DNA from: a virus
Lineage: Duplodnaviria; Caudoviricetes
DNA length: 64,000 bases
Virus record (IMG/VR): IMGVR_UViG_3300012007_000677
Coordinates: 259-64,258 of that record
Direction: 5' to 3' (one strand)
The position numbers and the translations under genes were made by a program. Shown here piece after piece: positions 51,997-61,454 of the stretch (within the stretch, counting starts at the first letter, position 1; the number at the start of each line of letters is the position of its first letter). Below the pieces are notes generated by a model. That model did no database searches and was not told where the DNA came from. It saw nothing but the letters and a program-made list of their open reading frames with translations.

Positions 51997-53529
51997 TTAG
52001 GATGCCGTGCCGTTCACTTCTGCACTCTTGGTGCCGCTTTCTACGGTATCGTAGCCAAGAGCGATATTCGTCTTGATCGTCGTGTTCGACGTACCGCTGA
52101 CGCTGACGTTTCCTGCCGTGCCCGTGAACTTCTGTGCTGCTGCCGTGCCGCTCACCTCTACGTTCTCTTCCGTGCCCGTGAACGTCTGTGCTGCTGCCGT
52201 GCCGCCTGTGGGCAAGGCCGTGGCCACCGTAGCGCCTGCGCCTGTGGAATCCACACTGCCCGTAGCCACGGTGACAGCCGAACCTGCTTTGGCTACAGTC
52301 TTATCCGCGATGGTAACACCCGTTACAATGTCCGAGCCGGTGCCCGTAGAAGCCACAGCACCTGTTGCCACCGTGGTAGCCGCCGATGCAGCCTTGGCCA
52401 CCGTCTTGTCACTGATGCTGACAGCGGTCACGATGTCCGAGCCTGCGCCGTTGGAGGCTACACCGCCTGTTGCCACTGTCACGTCCTCGAACGTTACGGG
52501 AGTGAGCACGAGCGTTTCGCCGTCAACAGACACCTTGCACAACTGAGTGCGGTCTGCGGCAGCCACCTGCTTCACGGTGCCTGTCACCAACTTGCTGGCC
52601 GTTCTCGTCACCTTGCTGACACTCTCCGTGCCGTTGGTGCCCGTAATGGTCGTTGTCACAAGTTTGCTGGCGGTCTTCGTCACTTTGCTGACGCTCTCGG
52701 TGCCGTTGGTGCCCGTAATGGTCGTTGTCACAAGTTTGCTTGTACTGCCGCCTGTCAACGACACGGCACTGGCCGCATTGGTGCCCTTGGGTTTCACGGT
52801 GGCGCTGCCCGTCACCGAACTGGACGCATTCGTGCCGGCCGGAGTAAACGAGCCGCTGGAGGACACTGTGCCCTGCTGCAGAGCCAGGGCTGTCGAAATC
52901 TTTGCCTTCTGGTATGAGTGCGTATGTGCTGCCGCCGTACCCGTCACGGTAGCGCTATCCTTAAAGGCGAGTCCTTTCAAACTGCCCGTCGAACCGAACT
53001 CGTCGAAGGTAATGATGTGACCGTTTGTGGTGACTTCGTCTCGGGCCACAAACTCCAATTGACGCTGAGCGCCACCCACGGTTTTGGCATTAAGGAAAAG
53101 GTTGCCGAGTTTCACGATGCCGTCAAGCCCAAGGTTTATCTTGACATACTCTTCATACTCTGCATCTGACATGGTGTCAGGATGTTGAGGAGAGACGAAA
53201 CGAATGCCCAACACCTTGTAGTTGTCTTCGCTACCAACAACAAGCAAAGGACGTGACGTGTCGCCATACTGCCCACCACTAATCTGCATGCCATCGACAA
53301 GGTTGGCGGGGTTGTGTGCAATAGTGTCTTGAATAACAGAGTCGGAAGGTGCGCGACCATCCGCATCAACGCTTTGAACAATCGCCAACAACTTGCCGGC
53401 GTAAACGATGCCCTGTAAGGCCTGCAGAGACGCAATCAATTCGCGTGCCTCGTTGTCGCGAATGTTCATCAGCCTCATTTGGCCCGACGACGGGTCATAA
53501 ACCGTGATTTGTGAAAAATAATTTCCCAT
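51997..53529 (-). CDS. Thr/Val/Ala/Gly-rich tail fibre-like protein with internal repeats
   Basis: 510 aa; IRDNEAR near the N-terminus; 24-aa and ~35-aa repeats. Confidence 0.7.
   Translation of the reverse strand: MGNYFSQITVYDPSSGQMRLMNIRDNEARELIASLQALQGIVYAGKLLAIVQSVDADGRAPSDSVIQDTIAHNPANLVDGMQISGGQYGDTSRPLLVVGSEDNYKVLGIRFVSPQHPDTMSDAEYEEYVKINLGLDGIVKLGNLFLNAKTVGGAQRQLEFVARDEVTTNGHIITFDEFGSTGSLKGLAFKDSATVTGTAAAHTHSYQKAKISTALALQQGTVSSSGSFTPAGTNASSSVTGSATVKPKGTNAASAVSLTGGSTSKLVTTTITGTNGTESVSKVTKTASKLVTTTITGTNGTESVSKVTRTASKLVTGTVKQVAAADRTQLCKVSVDGETLVLTPVTFEDVTVATGGVASNGAGSDIVTAVSISDKTVAKAASAATTVATGAVASTGTGSDIVTGVTIADKTVAKAGSAVTVATGSVDSTGAGATVATALPTGGTAAAQTFTGTEENVEVSGTAAAQKFTGTAGNVSVSGTSNTTIKTNIALGYDTVESGTKSAEVNGTAS
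52583..52740 (-). repeat. 72-bp in-frame repeat, about 2.2 copies
   Basis: KLVTTTITGTNGTESVSKVT(K/R)TAS repeated. Confidence 0.9.
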
Positions 53530-53548
53530 TTTTTTGTTTTTATTAAGG

Positions 53549-54112
53549 TTAAGTATTCATTGTTTCATCGGTTGCCACAAGATATATCATGTGGTTGCGG
53601 GTATCTACACTAATGATGTCGTTCTCCAGCTCAGAGAGCTTGGTTGGTACCATGATAACGCCGTCCTCCACAACGAGAAGTCTGTCCATGCTCAGCCAAT
53701 CTTCCGTTTCAAAGACTATCTCTGTGCCCTCACAATCCACAGTGGCTGTTACATAATCACCCGGAACATACCAGTTATCGCCGATGTGTATATCGCCACC
53801 CTCTGCTGCATAGAAGCTTAGTCTATAACTGCCCTCACGAGGCACACTAAGAACGACACGCCCTCGAAACCGCCATCGTCCGTCGGCATATTCCTGTTCC
53901 TGAGCATAGATGTCCTCAGAAAATACCGTTTCCGTCAGATTATAGTCGCCTTTGTATAGAGTATGGACATTAAGAAACTCGCGAACCTCCTCGCGATAAT
54001 CTTCCATCCGACTGAGCCCATCCTGAATCTTCTTTAGCGTCTCCTCGCTAACAACAACCCCCTTTAATTGAGGCCTGCATCTTGGTCCAACATGTTTATT
54101 GAACTCGGTCAT
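53549..54112 (-). CDS. Putative structural protein
   Basis: 187-aa ORF in the capsid/fibre operon. Confidence 0.55.
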   Translation of the reverse strand: MTEFNKHVGPRCRPQLKGVVVSEETLKKIQDGLSRMEDYREEVREFLNVHTLYKGDYNLTETVFSEDIYAQEQEYADGRWRFRGRVVLSVPREGSYRLSFYAAEGGDIHIGDNWYVPGDYVTATVDCEGTEIVFETEDWLSMDRLLVVEDGVIMVPTKLSELENDIISVDTRNHMIYLVATDETMNT

Positions 54113-54124
54113 GTCTGTCTGTTA

Positions 54125-54853
54125 TTATTGTTCCGCAGTGGATGCGGTCTCCATTTTCAGTGTACTGATCATCGCTCCTGCAAGCGATGCAAGGGCGCCC
54201 GATTTCTCGTCACCCGTGGCCGATAGGTAAAGGGCTGCTGTCTGGCCAGCGACAGCATCCAGTAGTTCGTCTGAGAAGTTGGCAAAAACTTCTATGCCGC
54301 CAACTTCTGTGATTTTTGGCATCTCCACCATTGAGATTTTCACATTGAAAGGGCCGCTACCGGCAAGGCTGTGTATCTCAATCATGTCAATGTCGCCCAG
54401 AGGACTGTAGGCGCGCGGCCTGTAGATGCCGCTGCCCACGCCCTTCTCGGCAGAATACTCCATAGCATAGTGCTCATCGTCGCCGGTCAGGATGGTGCGA
54501 ATCGGCTGCAACAAGCCATCCACATCGATCTGAACAATGCGCAGCCAAACAGGAATGTCCGAGCCGTCTGGCACGATGCGAATCATATATCTCCCGTCAG
54601 GACGACGAAGGAGGCGTGTGTCGCCCTGGGAGGCTTGTGTAGTCGCAGTCCGCACACTAAGATATCTCAGGGGGCAAAGCTTCCCGACAATGCGTGCAGC
54701 AACTTCGGCGTGAGCCCGCAGGAGCTCGTCCGTCTCCTTGGAAAACTCGTCCGCATAGTTGCCTGCAGCAGACAGGTCGTCTTCGTTGTTGCCAACGTAT
54801 TCGTTGAGAAACTTTCTTGCCTGATTGATGACGGCCGAAAGAGCTAATGCCAT
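54125..54853 (-). CDS. Putative head-tail adaptor-like protein
   Basis: 242 aa, helical ends; downstream of the capsid gene. Confidence 0.5.
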   Translation of the reverse strand: MALALSAVINQARKFLNEYVGNNEDDLSAAGNYADEFSKETDELLRAHAEVAARIVGKLCPLRYLSVRTATTQASQGDTRLLRRPDGRYMIRIVPDGSDIPVWLRIVQIDVDGLLQPIRTILTGDDEHYAMEYSAEKGVGSGIYRPRAYSPLGDIDMIEIHSLAGSGPFNVKISMVEMPKITEVGGIEVFANFSDELLDAVAGQTAALYLSATGDEKSGALASLAGAMISTLKMETASTAEQ

Positions 54854-54867
54854 GGGGTTGTAAGCGT

Positions 54868-55536
54868 TTAGAATTGGAAATTAGGGAAGGTGACGCCGTT
54901 GGACGCTGCCCATGCAGCCACATCGTCGCGCGAGAGCACTTCGTCGGGCATGCCCATCTCGTCGCGCAGGTAGTTCACGGCGTCGGTGTAGTTATCCACC
55001 TCGTCAATTGTAAGCCCGGACGAAGCGCCGCTCTCTGTGCCGGCGTCCTGTGCTCCCGTATCGTCTCCGAACAGCGTGCCGTCGCTGGATTCGCCGCCTT
55101 GCGCACCGGCATCGGAATCGGACGTGTTTGTCTTCTGTTCCTGCTCGGAACCCTGTCCCTGAAGAGACGTATCATCGTCCCCGGCTCCGCCTGTTCCCGG
55201 TGTGTTCACACTCTGCATACTCCTGAGCCACGGGGCTGCGTTTCCCGTCTTGCCTGTCTCAGATGCTCCTTTCTTAGGGGCGGCATGCACCGGCACGCTC
55301 TCAATCTCCCGGATTACCCCGGACTTAAACAGTGCACAGGCCCTGATGGCGGCGGCCTTCTCGGGGTCGCTTGTTGAAAAATACGACGATCCCTCAAAAG
55401 CAACGCTGAATTTGAGGTTCATTTTGAATCCGCGCACTATCGCGGGCACAATGACGGAATGACGCGAGGTAAACCGATACAGCACGTCGCTGAGCGTATT
55501 GTCTGATTGCTTGTTTTTCTTAGTTCCTTTACGCAT
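54868..55536 (-). CDS. Conserved head-associated hypothetical protein with acidic linker
   Basis: YFSTSDPEKAAAIRAC...; C-terminal AWAASNGVTFPN. Confidence 0.55.
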   Translation of the reverse strand: MRKGTKKNKQSDNTLSDVLYRFTSRHSVIVPAIVRGFKMNLKFSVAFEGSSYFSTSDPEKAAAIRACALFKSGVIREIESVPVHAAPKKGASETGKTGNAAPWLRSMQSVNTPGTGGAGDDDTSLQGQGSEQEQKTNTSDSDAGAQGGESSDGTLFGDDTGAQDAGTESGASSGLTIDEVDNYTDAVNYLRDEMGMPDEVLSRDDVAAWAASNGVTFPNFQF

Positions 55537-55590
55537 GGGAAGATAGTGTTTTGGGAGCCGCGAACGCCTCGCAGCTCCCTGTTTACAATG

Positions 55591-57087
55591 TTAAGCGCCC
55601 ACCTCTTTAGCTTCCATGGGCGGCATCGAGATGCGGCAATGCGCATCGGGATAAGCCAACGTCCAGCAGCTGAACTCCTCCATCACAACGGCGTTGGAGT
55701 TGCGGATGAAAAGCTTCTTCAGATCGTACTCGTTACGCTCCCAGGTCTGGAAGGTCCATTTGTCCAGGTACTCGGGATCCAGCGAGAAGCCCTTGCCCAC
55801 GAAGCCCCACTCATTGAAGAGGTCGTGACGGTAGAAGAGCAGCGTTGTGCCCATGCAGGTGTAGCTGTCGAAGTCGAGGCCCAACTTCATGTAGTTGTCC
55901 TTCTGCTCCAGCAGACGAATGCGGTTGTTGGTGCGAATCTTGCAAAGGGCAGCGTAGATATCGCGGTCCACGAACACCATCTTCTTACGGCTCGTGTTGC
56001 CGGCAGAGTCGGTGATGTTGGACACCAGGTCAACCAGTTCGTCCTCGGTAATCACGTAATCCTGCACATAGTAGGTTTTGCCGCCGGCCGTGTATGTCAC
56101 GGAGTTGCCGTTGCTGTCCTTGCGAATCTCCCAGTGTCCGAGCGTGGCGTCCTTACCGGCGTGCCAGTAGATGCCGTCAGAGAGATACACGAGGCCCTTG
56201 CCGTCAGGCAGCTTGTGCACGCCCTTGTTGCCGAAGAGTCCCGTGGCCTCCATGCCAATACGCATATCCTCCATCGACATTTTCTCCAGACGGGTGAACG
56301 TCCAGTCCACTTCCTTCTGGCTCATGCGGGAATAGGTGGTCTCTTCAACCATCATGATGAAGCGCTGACAGTACTGTTCGGAGGGTTCGGGAATCTGATA
56401 GAAAGAACCGGTATTCACGTCAACTTCGGCTGCTGCTCTACCCATTCTCAGGAGCTGGGCACCGGCAGGAAGGGCCTGCAGTCTGAACGGTCGTCCGTTG
56501 TTGTCATTCAGTCCGTTGGTTGCGTACACCTTGGGATTTCCATCGTCATCGATGGCATTCACGCGCAGCTGCAGAGGGCGATCGGCGTATTTCTCATCCT
56601 GACTCTGGGTCATGATAAAGTTGCCGTTCTCGTCCATCACGAGCAGCGTGTCCATCACGCCGATAATGGCCTGCTTTTCCACCACAATTTTGACGGCGCC
56701 GCCGTTGGAATTGCTGGCTTCGGTTGCCTGAGCGATACCTACACGCAGGGGGCGCTGGCCGACACTGTAATACTTCACGACAATGCTCTTCGAGGCATTG
56801 GTGGATGCCTGGCGAAGAATCTGGTCAATCGGCGTACCGCAGAACTTCATCTCGACAATCTTCTGGTTCACCTGCTTCACAAACCAGTCGTTGTCATACT
56901 TCTGCTCTTCCTGGCTCGTCTTGGACGCAGGGCCCTCAACGGTCTTACCGGCCGTAAGGTCGGCTGCAGCCGTTCCGTCAACACCATCTGCTGCCATAGC
57001 ATAGCCGCCCGACGTCAGAGCCAGGAGCACCATCACGACAACAGAGAAGATACAGTGGATAACACTGAAAACACTTTTCTTTTTCAT
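55591..57087 (-). CDS. Major capsid protein with N-terminal signal/TM-like segment
   Basis: 498 aa after the scaffold gene; QRFIMMVEETT...DMRIGMEATGLFG; DPEYLDKW; VVMEEFSCWTL. Confidence 0.75.
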   Translation of the reverse strand: MKKKSVFSVIHCIFSVVVMVLLALTSGGYAMAADGVDGTAAADLTAGKTVEGPASKTSQEEQKYDNDWFVKQVNQKIVEMKFCGTPIDQILRQASTNASKSIVVKYYSVGQRPLRVGIAQATEASNSNGGAVKIVVEKQAIIGVMDTLLVMDENGNFIMTQSQDEKYADRPLQLRVNAIDDDGNPKVYATNGLNDNNGRPFRLQALPAGAQLLRMGRAAAEVDVNTGSFYQIPEPSEQYCQRFIMMVEETTYSRMSQKEVDWTFTRLEKMSMEDMRIGMEATGLFGNKGVHKLPDGKGLVYLSDGIYWHAGKDATLGHWEIRKDSNGNSVTYTAGGKTYYVQDYVITEDELVDLVSNITDSAGNTSRKKMVFVDRDIYAALCKIRTNNRIRLLEQKDNYMKLGLDFDSYTCMGTTLLFYRHDLFNEWGFVGKGFSLDPEYLDKWTFQTWERNEYDLKKLFIRNSNAVVMEEFSCWTLAYPDAHCRISMPPMEAKEVGA

Positions 57088-57132
57088 TTTTCTTTTTGTG
57101 TGTTTTGGTTAATAATATAATGATTAAAACTC

Positions 57133-57975
57133 TTAGCTGAATCTCGGCTTCATGCGGTCGTAGCTACGCATGGTGGGATTTTCCTCCGGCTCTTCGGTCT
57201 CGGGCGCGCCGCTACCGCCGCCGCCAAGGTCTGTAGGCGTCTCGCTGAATCCGCGATGTGCAGCTCCGGGGCGCTGTCCGCGACCGGCTCTGCGGCCCTC
57301 TTCGCGCGCACGCTCCAGATCGCTGTCGCGTGTCACGGCGTAGAGCAGAGATGTGATATCCTCCTTGGTGAGCGTGCGGCTCAGGATGCGACGGAACAGG
57401 CCATCTTCCTCACCGTAAACCCAATCCACAAGCTTCTGCATCGTGGCGTTGTCGGCACCCACTTCGTCGGCCACCTCTTTGGCAATCTCGTTCATTTTGG
57501 CAAGATTGTTGGCCACCTCTTCTTTGCGCTTGGCCTCGGCTGCAGCTTCCTCTGCTTCCTGTTGCTGCTTCTCAGCCAGCCACTCCAGCGCCTCTTCGGT
57601 GTTGGCGAAGTCCTTAAGCTCTGCGCCGTAGTTCACGATGATTTCCTTCAGCAGATTGAAGTCCTCGCCGTCGTCGTTCTTGCCGGTGAGGATGCCGCTG
57701 ACAAGGCGTGCGTTGCGAGGGTCGCTCCTAATAGCTTGGTTTATGCGCTCGTTGTCCTCCTTGCGCTTGTCGGCCTCAGAGAATTGTTCGCCCAGATAGG
57801 CGTCCAGAGCGTCTTCGTCATCCAGATTCAACTCGGGATTTCTCTCACTCAGTCTCTTCTGCCACTTCTTTTGTGCAGGAGCTGCTGCGCCTGTGCCTGC
57901 ATCAGGGGGCGTCTGTGCTCCGGGAACGCCGGTTGCAGAATTTGCTACCTGCTGGTTCTCTTTTTCCTTTTCCAT
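57133..57975 (-). CDS. Scaffold-like protein
   Basis: 280 aa, acidic coiled coil, directly upstream of the capsid gene. Confidence 0.65.
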   Translation of the reverse strand: MEKEKENQQVANSATGVPGAQTPPDAGTGAAAPAQKKWQKRLSERNPELNLDDEDALDAYLGEQFSEADKRKEDNERINQAIRSDPRNARLVSGILTGKNDDGEDFNLLKEIIVNYGAELKDFANTEEALEWLAEKQQQEAEEAAAEAKRKEEVANNLAKMNEIAKEVADEVGADNATMQKLVDWVYGEEDGLFRRILSRTLTKEDITSLLYAVTRDSDLERAREEGRRAGRGQRPGAAHRGFSETPTDLGGGGSGAPETEEPEENPTMRSYDRMKPRFS

Positions 57976-58009
57976 TTGTCTTCGAGTTTTTTTTAGAATA
58001 ACCGTGCTG

Positions 58010-58070
58010 CAAATTTACCCTCCTTATTTTTGCGTCCTATTGCAAAGTGTCCACATTGTGAATAATTTTG
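58010..58070. promoter_or_regulatory. Divergent head/packaging promoters with variant palindrome CAAAGTGTCCACATTG (58043-58058)
   Basis: Minus TAAATTTG at 58010-58017, 25 nt from the palindrome; plus ATTG-N20-TAATTTTG with the palindrome inside its spacer. Confidence 0.75.
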
Positions 58071-58077
58071 CAGCGAA

Positions 58078-58500
58078 ATGAGCAGAAGCGAAGAATTAAG
58101 TATCTATCCAGCTATGGAATTGAGACGCAAATTCATACTCAAAGAGTTTGCACGTCTCAAAAAGACCTGTCTCTATACCTCAGTCATTCAGATATGCCGC
58201 GTCATCGCATCGCTTCCCTGCCAGTTTTTCATCTCCCATCGTACTGCAGAAATTCTCTATAATATATATATTGTGGGCAAGCGGCACGCCGGTCTCTCTC
58301 CGTACAACAGGTCCCGCCAATCGCGTATATTTGTCGAACGGATGAAGCAGCTTCACGACGAATGCCCGTCGCTCACAAAAAAAGAGATTATCGAACGAAT
58401 ACTCAACTCCGACGCGCCCAACCTCGGCGTAGGGGCAAACTTCCTCAGAAAATACATCCTGCATTATGAAAAATGTAAAAAAGCTCAAAGGCCTGCTTAA
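58078..58500 (+). CDS. Putative DNA-binding late regulator (candidate)
   Basis: Basic 140 aa with two similar halves (LPCQFFIS...ILY / APNLGVG...ILH); sits next to the operator. Confidence 0.4.
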   Translation: MSRSEELSIYPAMELRRKFILKEFARLKKTCLYTSVIQICRVIASLPCQFFISHRTAEILYNIYIVGKRHAGLSPYNRSRQSRIFVERMKQLHDECPSLTKKEIIERILNSDAPNLGVGANFLRKYILHYEKCKKAQRPA

Positions 58501-58843
58501 CATTGTGCCCGTCACCATCGCCGCCATCTCTATCAATATCGCCAAAATGCGCGCCGACTCCCTGTTCGCCAAGACAGGCAAGCGCTTTTATGTTGTCTGG
58601 GATGGGTCCAGACGCAAGCTGGTCTGCATATCCTACGACGCCATTCCCGGCCGTGCCGACTCTTACAGATACCTGCGCCTGCGCGGATGCTTCCCACCGC
58701 AGACACGCCAGCAGATTAAGGACGGCTCACTTTACTATTCGCGCTCTAAGTCGCACCCGGCAATGCCCAAGGATATTTTCCAAGCGCGCCTTTGGACATT
58801 AGTCGCACTGCGCAAAAGAAAAAAAGACAAAAATCAGAAATGA
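58466..58843 (+). CDS. Basic hypothetical protein
   Basis: 125 aa, coupled to both neighbours. Confidence 0.6.
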   Translation: MKNVKKLKGLLNIVPVTIAAISINIAKMRADSLFAKTGKRFYVVWDGSRRKLVCISYDAIPGRADSYRYLRLRGCFPPQTRQQIKDGSLYYSRSKSHPAMPKDIFQARLWTLVALRKRKKDKNQK

Positions 58844-59310
58844 TTGTTCCGCTACGATACCAGTGGGGGCTGTTCCTGCTCATGGGGGCCCTCTTACCCT
58901 TTTCAACCTCTCTCTCCCTCAGCGGGTGGGACTCCCCACTGGCATCGTTTCTTTTTTGGCCGTTCGCCCATGCCAACATACTTCACTATCTCGTCAACCT
59001 CTGGGCATGGATATGGTGGTGGCCATTGGTGACGTGGGACAGGCTTTGGTCCGCCTACATTGTTTCCATTCTTGCTGGGCTGGCACACATAACTTTCACG
59101 CCACACCCCCTGCCTCTCTTGGGGTTTTCGGGCATCATATTCTTTTTCGTCGGATTCTCTGTGCCGTTGCGTCCGCTTAAGTCTGTCCTAATCTCTTTTG
59201 TCTTCCTTGCACTCCCTCTTTTGTTTTTTGATACCATCGCCGGTGCGGTCCACATGTTGACTTTCTGCTTCGGGTGGGCCTACTGCAAGAGCATTCAGAT
59301 GTATGGATAA
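58840..59310 (+). CDS. Rhomboid-family intramembrane serine protease
   Basis: FAHANILHYLVN (HxxxxHxxxN), LLGFSG (GxSG catalytic Ser), AGAVHM (catalytic His); multi-TM; ATGA overlap at the start. Confidence 0.85.
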   Translation: MIVPLRYQWGLFLLMGALLPFSTSLSLSGWDSPLASFLFWPFAHANILHYLVNLWAWIWWWPLVTWDRLWSAYIVSILAGLAHITFTPHPLPLLGFSGIIFFFVGFSVPLRPLKSVLISFVFLALPLLFFDTIAGAVHMLTFCFGWAYCKSIQMYG

Positions 59311-61450
59311 GGAAGACAGCATAGACCTTGTCATCGACGAAATGCTCAGCGACAACGAGCGTCGCAAAAAGGAGCTGTTTCCCGAGTTCAATCAGTTTAC
59401 GGGCGAAGGGTGCCCGGGCGAGCGCACATGGATTGAAGTGGAAGATCTCTGTGGTGGCGTTCGTTGGTATGTGCCGACAGTGCTCATCAACGAAGACCCG
59501 CTGTGGTCTGCCCTTGCATTCTACCATTCTGTAAGTGCCTACTGCTACGCCTGTTTCGGACGCACAGGAGAAGACCTGCGCGAAAACCTGATAACACAAC
59601 TGCTTCGCTCACGCGCTAAGCACGACGTGTATTTCTTCTTCCTGGTATATTGGCGCATTCGCCCGAAAGACTTTGGTGACAACATCCCCTTTAAGCTTCG
59701 CGCCGTCCAGATGCGTTTCATCGCGCTCTGCGAAGAGATGCGCCTTTCCGGGAAGCCCCTGCGCTACATCATCCTCAAAGCACGTCAGGCCGGCATCTCC
59801 ACTCTGATCGACGCCTACATCGGCTGGTATCAGATTATGTGGGAGAAGTCTAAGGACTCACTCATTGTCGGTCATCAGTCCGACGCCTCTGTGGAGGTGG
59901 AGGATATGTATAAGACAGCCATCAACCTCTTGCCCGACTACCTCTTCTATGAGCCCGGCGAAGAAGTGTCTCTCAAAGGCGACAAAATCACCGGCTCCAA
60001 GACACAGAACATTTCCCACATCCCTGCGCGCAACTGCAAGATTAAGACCGGCTCTGCCGTCAATCCCGAGGGCGCCCGAGGCGGTGCGTCTTCACTTATC
60101 CACTACACCGAGGTTGCGTTCTGGCCCGAAACGGGCAAGATTAAGCCCAGGAATCTTATTAAGTCTGCCACCTCTGCAACTGGCGGTCGCCCGGGTACGA
60201 TGGTCTTCTTTGAATCAACACCCAACGGCCAGAACTTCTACAAGGACGAATGGGACCGTGCTGGCCAATACGACGACTACGGCGAGAAGGTTTCTGCCTA
60301 CTACCAATTCTTCATCGCCTGGTGGCACATCGACCTCTACCGCACGACGCCGCCAGATATGCGCCTGTTCTGCCGCCAGCTCATTGAGCGCCGCGACGAC
60401 AAGAATGGCGGGTGGCAATATCTCTACTGGCTCTGGACGATTGGCGCTACACTGGAGGGCATCTATTGGTACTACCAGACGCGCAAGGAATATCAGTCTG
60501 CAGACGATATGCAGCAGGAGTTCCCGTCCGACCCGATTGAGGCCTTCAAGTATGCAGGCACACTGGAGTACGACCTGTATCTGTGCGAGAAGCGCAAGAA
60601 GTCCTGTCGCCCGTGCAAGTGGCGCGGCGATATCGAGGGCGACGCACCCAAGGGCGAGCTCTCTGTTCGCAATTTGCGCTTCTTTGAGAGTGAAGCGGGA
60701 TGCCTGCAGGTCTGGGCGAAGCCGGACAAAAAGCTGCGACTCTTCAACCGCTATCTCATCTCTGTGGATATCGGCGGCAAGTATGCCACGTCCGACTGGT
60801 CTGTCATCACGGTGTTCGACCGTGCTGCCATGATGCTCGACAAAGAAGGACACCTCAACGAGAACGCCGGTCCCACCGTCGTTGCCGAATGGCGCGGTCA
60901 TGTTGATCCTGACCTCCTGGCCATCAAGTGTGCTCAGCTTGCCATCTGGTACAACAACGCCATCCTTGTCATCGAAAACAATACGGCCTATTCACGCTAC
61001 AACGGCACGGCCAATGATGATGTCACGGAGTTATTCTTCCCCATCCTCCTGCCGCTGTACACCACGAACCTGTACCGTCACAATCAGTCCGAAACCAAGG
61101 TTCAGCCTGGAGCAGAAACACGTTGGGGTTTCAACACAAACAGAAACACCAAGACCGCTGTTGTGAAGTACCTTGGCCAATGTCTGCGCGACAACACCTA
61201 CGTTGAGCGCGAGAAAGGAGCCATCGACGAGATGGAGACCTTCATGAAATATCCGAATGGAACCTTTGGCGCCGTTGAGGGCAAGCACGACGACCGCGTG
61301 ATGTCGCGCGCCATCGGCCTTTACGTGTCAAGATTTGAATGGGACAAATATCCGGTTAGACCTATGCCCACGCGCAAGCAGCGCGAAGAATCACGCCGCC
61401 GCGTCAATGCCCGCCGCAACCTCGCTGCCAATGTTATCCTAAATCATTGA
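59303..61450 (+). CDS. terL: Terminase large subunit
   Basis: ILKARQAGIST (Walker A), HYTEVAFW, FFESTPNG, ISVDIGG nuclease, HDDRVMS. Confidence 0.95.
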   Translation: MDKEDSIDLVIDEMLSDNERRKKELFPEFNQFTGEGCPGERTWIEVEDLCGGVRWYVPTVLINEDPLWSALAFYHSVSAYCYACFGRTGEDLRENLITQLLRSRAKHDVYFFFLVYWRIRPKDFGDNIPFKLRAVQMRFIALCEEMRLSGKPLRYIILKARQAGISTLIDAYIGWYQIMWEKSKDSLIVGHQSDASVEVEDMYKTAINLLPDYLFYEPGEEVSLKGDKITGSKTQNISHIPARNCKIKTGSAVNPEGARGGASSLIHYTEVAFWPETGKIKPRNLIKSATSATGGRPGTMVFFESTPNGQNFYKDEWDRAGQYDDYGEKVSAYYQFFIAWWHIDLYRTTPPDMRLFCRQLIERRDDKNGGWQYLYWLWTIGATLEGIYWYYQTRKEYQSADDMQQEFPSDPIEAFKYAGTLEYDLYLCEKRKKSCRPCKWRGDIEGDAPKGELSVRNLRFFESEAGCLQVWAKPDKKLRLFNRYLISVDIGGKYATSDWSVITVFDRAAMMLDKEGHLNENAGPTVVAEWRGHVDPDLLAIKCAQLAIWYNNAILVIENNTAYSRYNGTANDDVTELFFPILLPLYTTNLYRHNQSETKVQPGAETRWGFNTNRNTKTAVVKYLGQCLRDNTYVEREKGAIDEMETFMKYPNGTFGAVEGKHDDRVMSRAIGLYVSRFEWDKYPVRPMPTRKQREESRRRVNARRNLAANVILNH

Positions 61451-61454
61451 AAGA

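Noticed and set aside
50202-52000. Complete diversity-generating retroelement
   Set aside because: No reverse transcriptase and no template repeat found in the window.
55554-55579. Terminator after the capsid gene (GGGAGC...GCTCCC hairpin)
   Set aside because: No U tract in the transcribed direction; may be a stabilising hairpin, not called.
55507-57120. 537-aa + strand ORF
   Set aside because: Antisense shadow of the capsid gene; the same applies to 2654..3751, 25252..26685, 42808..44034 and 51982..52917.
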